This document shows positions 34,004-37,027 of a stretch of DNA of 37,027 nucleotides, piece by piece (the first letter of the stretch is position 1; every line of letters begins with the position of its first letter). A program made the position numbers and the translations under genes. Below the pieces are notes generated by a model. The model had not been told where the DNA came from and ran no database searches. It saw nothing but the letters and a program-made list of their open reading frames with translations. The stretch is taken from assembly GCA_050261575.1 (NCBI GenBank), contig JBLNDL010000042.1, positions 62,001-99,027 on the forward strand, in the 5' to 3' direction. This DNA is from Sphingomonadaceae bacterium. GTDB taxonomy: Bacteria > Chloroflexota > UBA6077.

Positions 34004-35407
34004 ATGATCAGACGTAGTTCTCCTGCTTCTCTCACCCGCAGAGACTTCCTCAAACTCGGCGGCGGAGTCCTGGGAGCGATGGCGGGATCGAACCTGGTGG
34101 CCAGGGCGCTCCTGCAGCCGGAGAAGGCGCACGCGGCCACGGCAAGTCGTGCGCCCGCGCGGTCAGTGGCACCGGCAACTAATGCACAAACCACCGCGCC
34201 CAGCCTGCACCTGGTTGCCACCGACGGATGGATTTCGCTTCCGCCTGAGGCCGTCGTCTTTCCCTATCACCCGGACGACATGGCGCCGGAGCCGTTCACG
34301 ACCTACATCTTCGGGTTCCGCGACGTCACATCGGTGTCGGCGAACGGCGACCTGGTCGCCGCGCAGAAGATGAAGGCGCAGCTCACAGCGCCGCTGTTCT
34401 GGATCGAGCAGGAGGCCGACTACACCCTGAGGCTCAGCAACCTCGGGCTGAGACTCCGGCCGGACCTGGTCGACGCTCACACGGTGCACTTTCACGGCTT
34501 CCGCAACGCCATCCCCGTCTTCGATGGGGAGCCTCACTCGTCGGTGGGCGTGCCAATCAAACGCGACCTGACCTACTTCTACCGCCCTCACCACCCGGGG
34601 ACCTACATGTATCACTGCCACTTCGAGGAGATCGAGCACGTCCACATGGGGATGATAGGTCCCTGCTTCGTCACGCCGATCCAGAACTATGGGCGCACCA
34701 CCCCCGGCGGACCGGAGGTGGTGACTCCGGCGAGGCTCGGCGGAAACACCGATCCCGGGGCACCCAGAGGCTATTGCTACAACGACGGCGACGGCTCGAC
34801 CGCCTACGACAGAGAGTTCGTCTTGGTACTTAGCGAGATCTGGGCAGAATCCCACTGGTGCGACTCGCACATTCAGTTGCCCGAGTGGAGTGACTACAAG
34901 CCCGACTTCTATCTCATCAACGGAAGGGCGTACCCCGACACACTCCTCCCGAACGGGGCTGGCACCGATCCGGCCACCGGCGACCTGATGCCCCCGCCGG
35001 GGCATCCCGAGTTGCAGTACCAGCCGACATCCTCCCTTATCCAGGCCAACGCGGGCGACCGCGTGCTGCTGAGGATCATCAACCTCGGCTACGAGGAGCA
35101 TGCGATGCGGCTCGACGGCATCAAGATGCGGGTGGTGGGGAAGGATGCATCTCTACTGCGGGGCCGTGACGGCGCGGACCTGACCTACCTGACCAACACT
35201 GTGGTGATCGGACCCGGCGAGAGCGTGGATGCCATCTTCGTCGCGCCGCCGCACACGGGCACGGCCGGCTACGATCGCTTCCTGTTCTACAACCGCAACT
35301 ACCATCGCCTCAGCAACGGAGGGCACACCGGCTATGGCGGGCAGATGACGGAGGTCCGAGTGTTTCCCGCGGGCGCACTGCCCGCGCAGACAGCCCCCAA
35401 CACGTAG
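34004..35407 (+). CDS. Tat-exported two-domain multicopper-oxidase-like protein A (copper ligands in domain 1 only)
   Basis: RBS GAGGGG and Tat motif TRRDFLK. HTVHFHG (34478-34498), PGTYMYHCHFEEIEHVHMGM, INGRAYP, GDRVLLRIINLG. Domain 2 reads HAMRLDG and FLFYNRN. Confidence 0.88.
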   Translation: MIRRSSPASLTRRDFLKLGGGVLGAMAGSNLVARALLQPEKAHAATASRAPARSVAPATNAQTTAPSLHLVATDGWISLPPEAVVFPYHPDDMAPEPFTTYIFGFRDVTSVSANGDLVAAQKMKAQLTAPLFWIEQEADYTLRLSNLGLRLRPDLVDAHTVHFHGFRNAIPVFDGEPHSSVGVPIKRDLTYFYRPHHPGTYMYHCHFEEIEHVHMGMIGPCFVTPIQNYGRTTPGGPEVVTPARLGGNTDPGAPRGYCYNDGDGSTAYDREFVLVLSEIWAESHWCDSHIQLPEWSDYKPDFYLINGRAYPDTLLPNGAGTDPATGDLMPPPGHPELQYQPTSSLIQANAGDRVLLRIINLGYEEHAMRLDGIKMRVVGKDASLLRGRDGADLTYLTNTVVIGPGESVDAIFVAPPHTGTAGYDRFLFYNRNYHRLSNGGHTGYGGQMTEVRVFPAGALPAQTAPNT

Positions 35408-35439
35408 GGGTGGAGCGAGCGTTTGAAGCGAGGTGAACC

Positions 35440-37027
35440 ATGAGACCACGAATCGGGCTTACCCGACTTCCCTCGTTTGTGATGCTGGGGTTGGCGGCGC
35501 TGGCAGTGTTGGCCCTCACCGGCGTTGACGGGCCGGCCACGGCCCAGAGTGCGGCGTTGCCCCGGACGGGCATGATCTGCTCTACCAGCCCATCCGCCAC
35601 CTTCACGCTCACAACCAAGGAGGGGTACATTTCCATTCCCGACGGCAACACCGTGTACATGTGGGGCTTCAGCGAAGGGAACAAGTCCTTCCAGCATCCG
35701 AGTCCAGTGCTCTGCGTGCAGGAAGGGGACACGGTGACCATCACTCTCCACAACACCCTCAATGAGGACGTGTCGATCGTCTTCCCCGGCCAGGAGAACG
35801 TGCTTGCCAACGGGGTGCCTTCCCAACCGGTGTTCAACGATGCGGGTGAACTTCTCTCGCTTGCACCCGTTGCTCCGGCCAACGGCGGCAGCGTGACCTA
35901 CAGCTTCGTTGCCAACCGGCCGGGGACATTCATCTACGAGAGTGGCACCGAGCCAGCGAAGCAGGTCAACATGGGACTGTACGGAGCCCTCGTCGTCCGT
36001 CCTGCGCTCGATCCGTCGCTGCCGACCACCGACCCCCACACCGGCCAGCCGATCGCCTATGCGTATAACGACGCCGGCACGGCGTACGACCCATCGACGG
36101 AATACCTGCTGATCATGGCCGAGATCGACCCCGAACTGCACACGGCCGTGGAGCAGGGGCTCCTGTACGACATGAACCGGTACACCCCGCGCTACTGGAC
36201 TTACAACGGTCGGAGCTTTCCGGACACGGTGGCCGACAACGGCGCGACTCATCTGCCGAACCAGCCGTACAGCGCGCTGGTGTACATGCGACCGCTGGAT
36301 CCCAACCCCACGCTGAGCGATGGCAGTCCGAACCCGGGCTACAACCCGCGACCCGTCCTGATCCGCCACCTGAACGTGGGAACCGTCGACTTCTCCCACC
36401 ACCCACACGGCAACCACGGCAGGGTCATCGCGTGGGACGGCCACCAATTGAAGGGAGAGGACGGTAGGGACAGATCGATCGAGAAGTTCACCGTTACCGT
36501 GGCTCCCGGGCGGACCCTGGACGCCCTCTTCGCATGGGTCGATGTCGAGAAGTGGAACCCGGTGACCAACCCCATCCCGGTGGCCATACCTCAATTGCAG
36601 GATCTGACCATCGGCCAGTTCTTCGGCGGCAGTCCATATCTGGGCCAGGAGGAGAACCTTCCTGTGGGCACCCAATCCTTCAACCAGTGCGGGGAGTACT
36701 ACCACATCGCGCACAGCCACTCACTGCACAAGATCTCCGCCTGGGGCATCGTGCTGAGCGGGCACATCACCTTCGCCCGCATCGATCCGCCGTTGCCGAA
36801 CCAGTGTCCCGACGTGGGGCTTCCCACACCCGCAGCAACTTCGACGGCGACGGCCACCGGGGAGCCGACGACGCCTACGCCGACAGACACGGCCACTCCG
36901 ACCGAGACGGCCACTCCGACCCCGACGGCCACTCCGACCGAGACACCTCTGCCTGCCACGGAGACGCCGACCGCGACCCCCACCGCCACGGAGACCCCGA
37001 CCGCCACACCCACAGCCACCCAGGACA
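35440..37027 (+). CDS. Exported two-domain multicopper-oxidase-like protein B (His ligands in domain 2 only) with T/P-rich tail, truncated by the window end
   Basis: Absent from the ORF track because it has no stop in the window. Manual translation from ATG 35440 (RBS GAGGTG): MRPRIGLTRLPSFVMLGLAALAVLAL, VYMWGF, PSPVLCVQEGDTVTITLHN, VSIVFPG, PGTFIYESGT..QVNMGLYGALVVRP, NGRSFPDT, FSHHPHGNH, YYHIAHSH, then PTATPTET repeats. Confidence 0.88.
   Translation, partial: MRPRIGLTRLPSFVMLGLAALAVLALTGVDGPATAQSAALPRTGMICSTSPSATFTLTTKEGYISIPDGNTVYMWGFSEGNKSFQHPSPVLCVQEGDTVTITLHNTLNEDVSIVFPGQENVLANGVPSQPVFNDAGELLSLAPVAPANGGSVTYSFVANRPGTFIYESGTEPAKQVNMGLYGALVVRPALDPSLPTTDPHTGQPIAYAYNDAGTAYDPSTEYLLIMAEIDPELHTAVEQGLLYDMNRYTPRYWTYNGRSFPDTVADNGATHLPNQPYSALVYMRPLDPNPTLSDGSPNPGYNPRPVLIRHLNVGTVDFSHHPHGNHGRVIAWDGHQLKGEDGRDRSIEKFTVTVAPGRTLDALFAWVDVEKWNPVTNPIPVAIPQLQDLTIGQFFGGSPYLGQEENLPVGTQSFNQCGEYYHIAHSHSLHKISAWGIVLSGHITFARIDPPLPNQCPDVGLPTPAATSTATATGEPTTPTPTDTATPTETATPTPTATPTETPLPATETPTATPTATETPTATPTATQD
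36889..37014 (+). repeat. Coding tandem repeats in the T/P-rich linker
   Basis: Three 18-bp units ACGGCCACTCCGACC(GA/CC)G at 36889-36942, and two imperfect 30-bp units at 36955-36984 and 36985-37014. Confidence 0.8.

Noticed and set aside
34004..35407. Copper nitrite reductase (NirK) call for MCO-A
   Set aside because: Domain 1 has HxH and HCH of oxidase type, and domain 2 lacks the His motifs NirK needs for its T2 site.
36820..37027. Repeats resembling a CRISPR array or non-coding VNTR (also 26840-27095)
   Set aside because: They are codon-phased repeats encoding T/P linkers, with no unique spacers.

Overview
High-GC bacterial chromosomal window, probably Chloroflexota (inferred from the C-terminal surface domain of the 26684 protein and the baseplate-J-like gene beside ruvX). 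It has four blocks. (1) 1-11043, minus strand: MBL hydrolase (WalJ/YycJ-like), an orphan Eco57I-type adenine DNA methyltransferase, a SAM methyltransferase, alaS, a membrane-anchored baseplate-J-like protein, ruvX, mltG, a REP-like doublet, hslV and the start of hslU. (2) 11171-21445: a glycan biosynthesis cassette resembling the uncharacterised 'rhizo-twelve' neighbourhood, with an apparently circularly permuted clan GH-A hydrolase, a PRTase-like/kinase-like fusion, a B12/radical SAM enzyme, two GT4 and three CgeB-like glycosyltransferases. (3) 21638-26164: two histidine kinases, a NarL-type regulator and a pseudo-receiver. (4) 26684-end: an operon of four exported proteins. The top finding is in block 4: two adjacent two-domain multicopper oxidase genes with exactly complementary copper ligands. 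Protein A keeps the T1 site plus 4 His in domain 1; protein B keeps only 4 His in domain 2. This suggests an obligate heteromeric 'split' MCO working with a 1679-aa adhesin-like scaffold. All family calls come from motif recognition by eye; no database search was run. No rRNA, tRNA, CRISPR array or transposase was seen.
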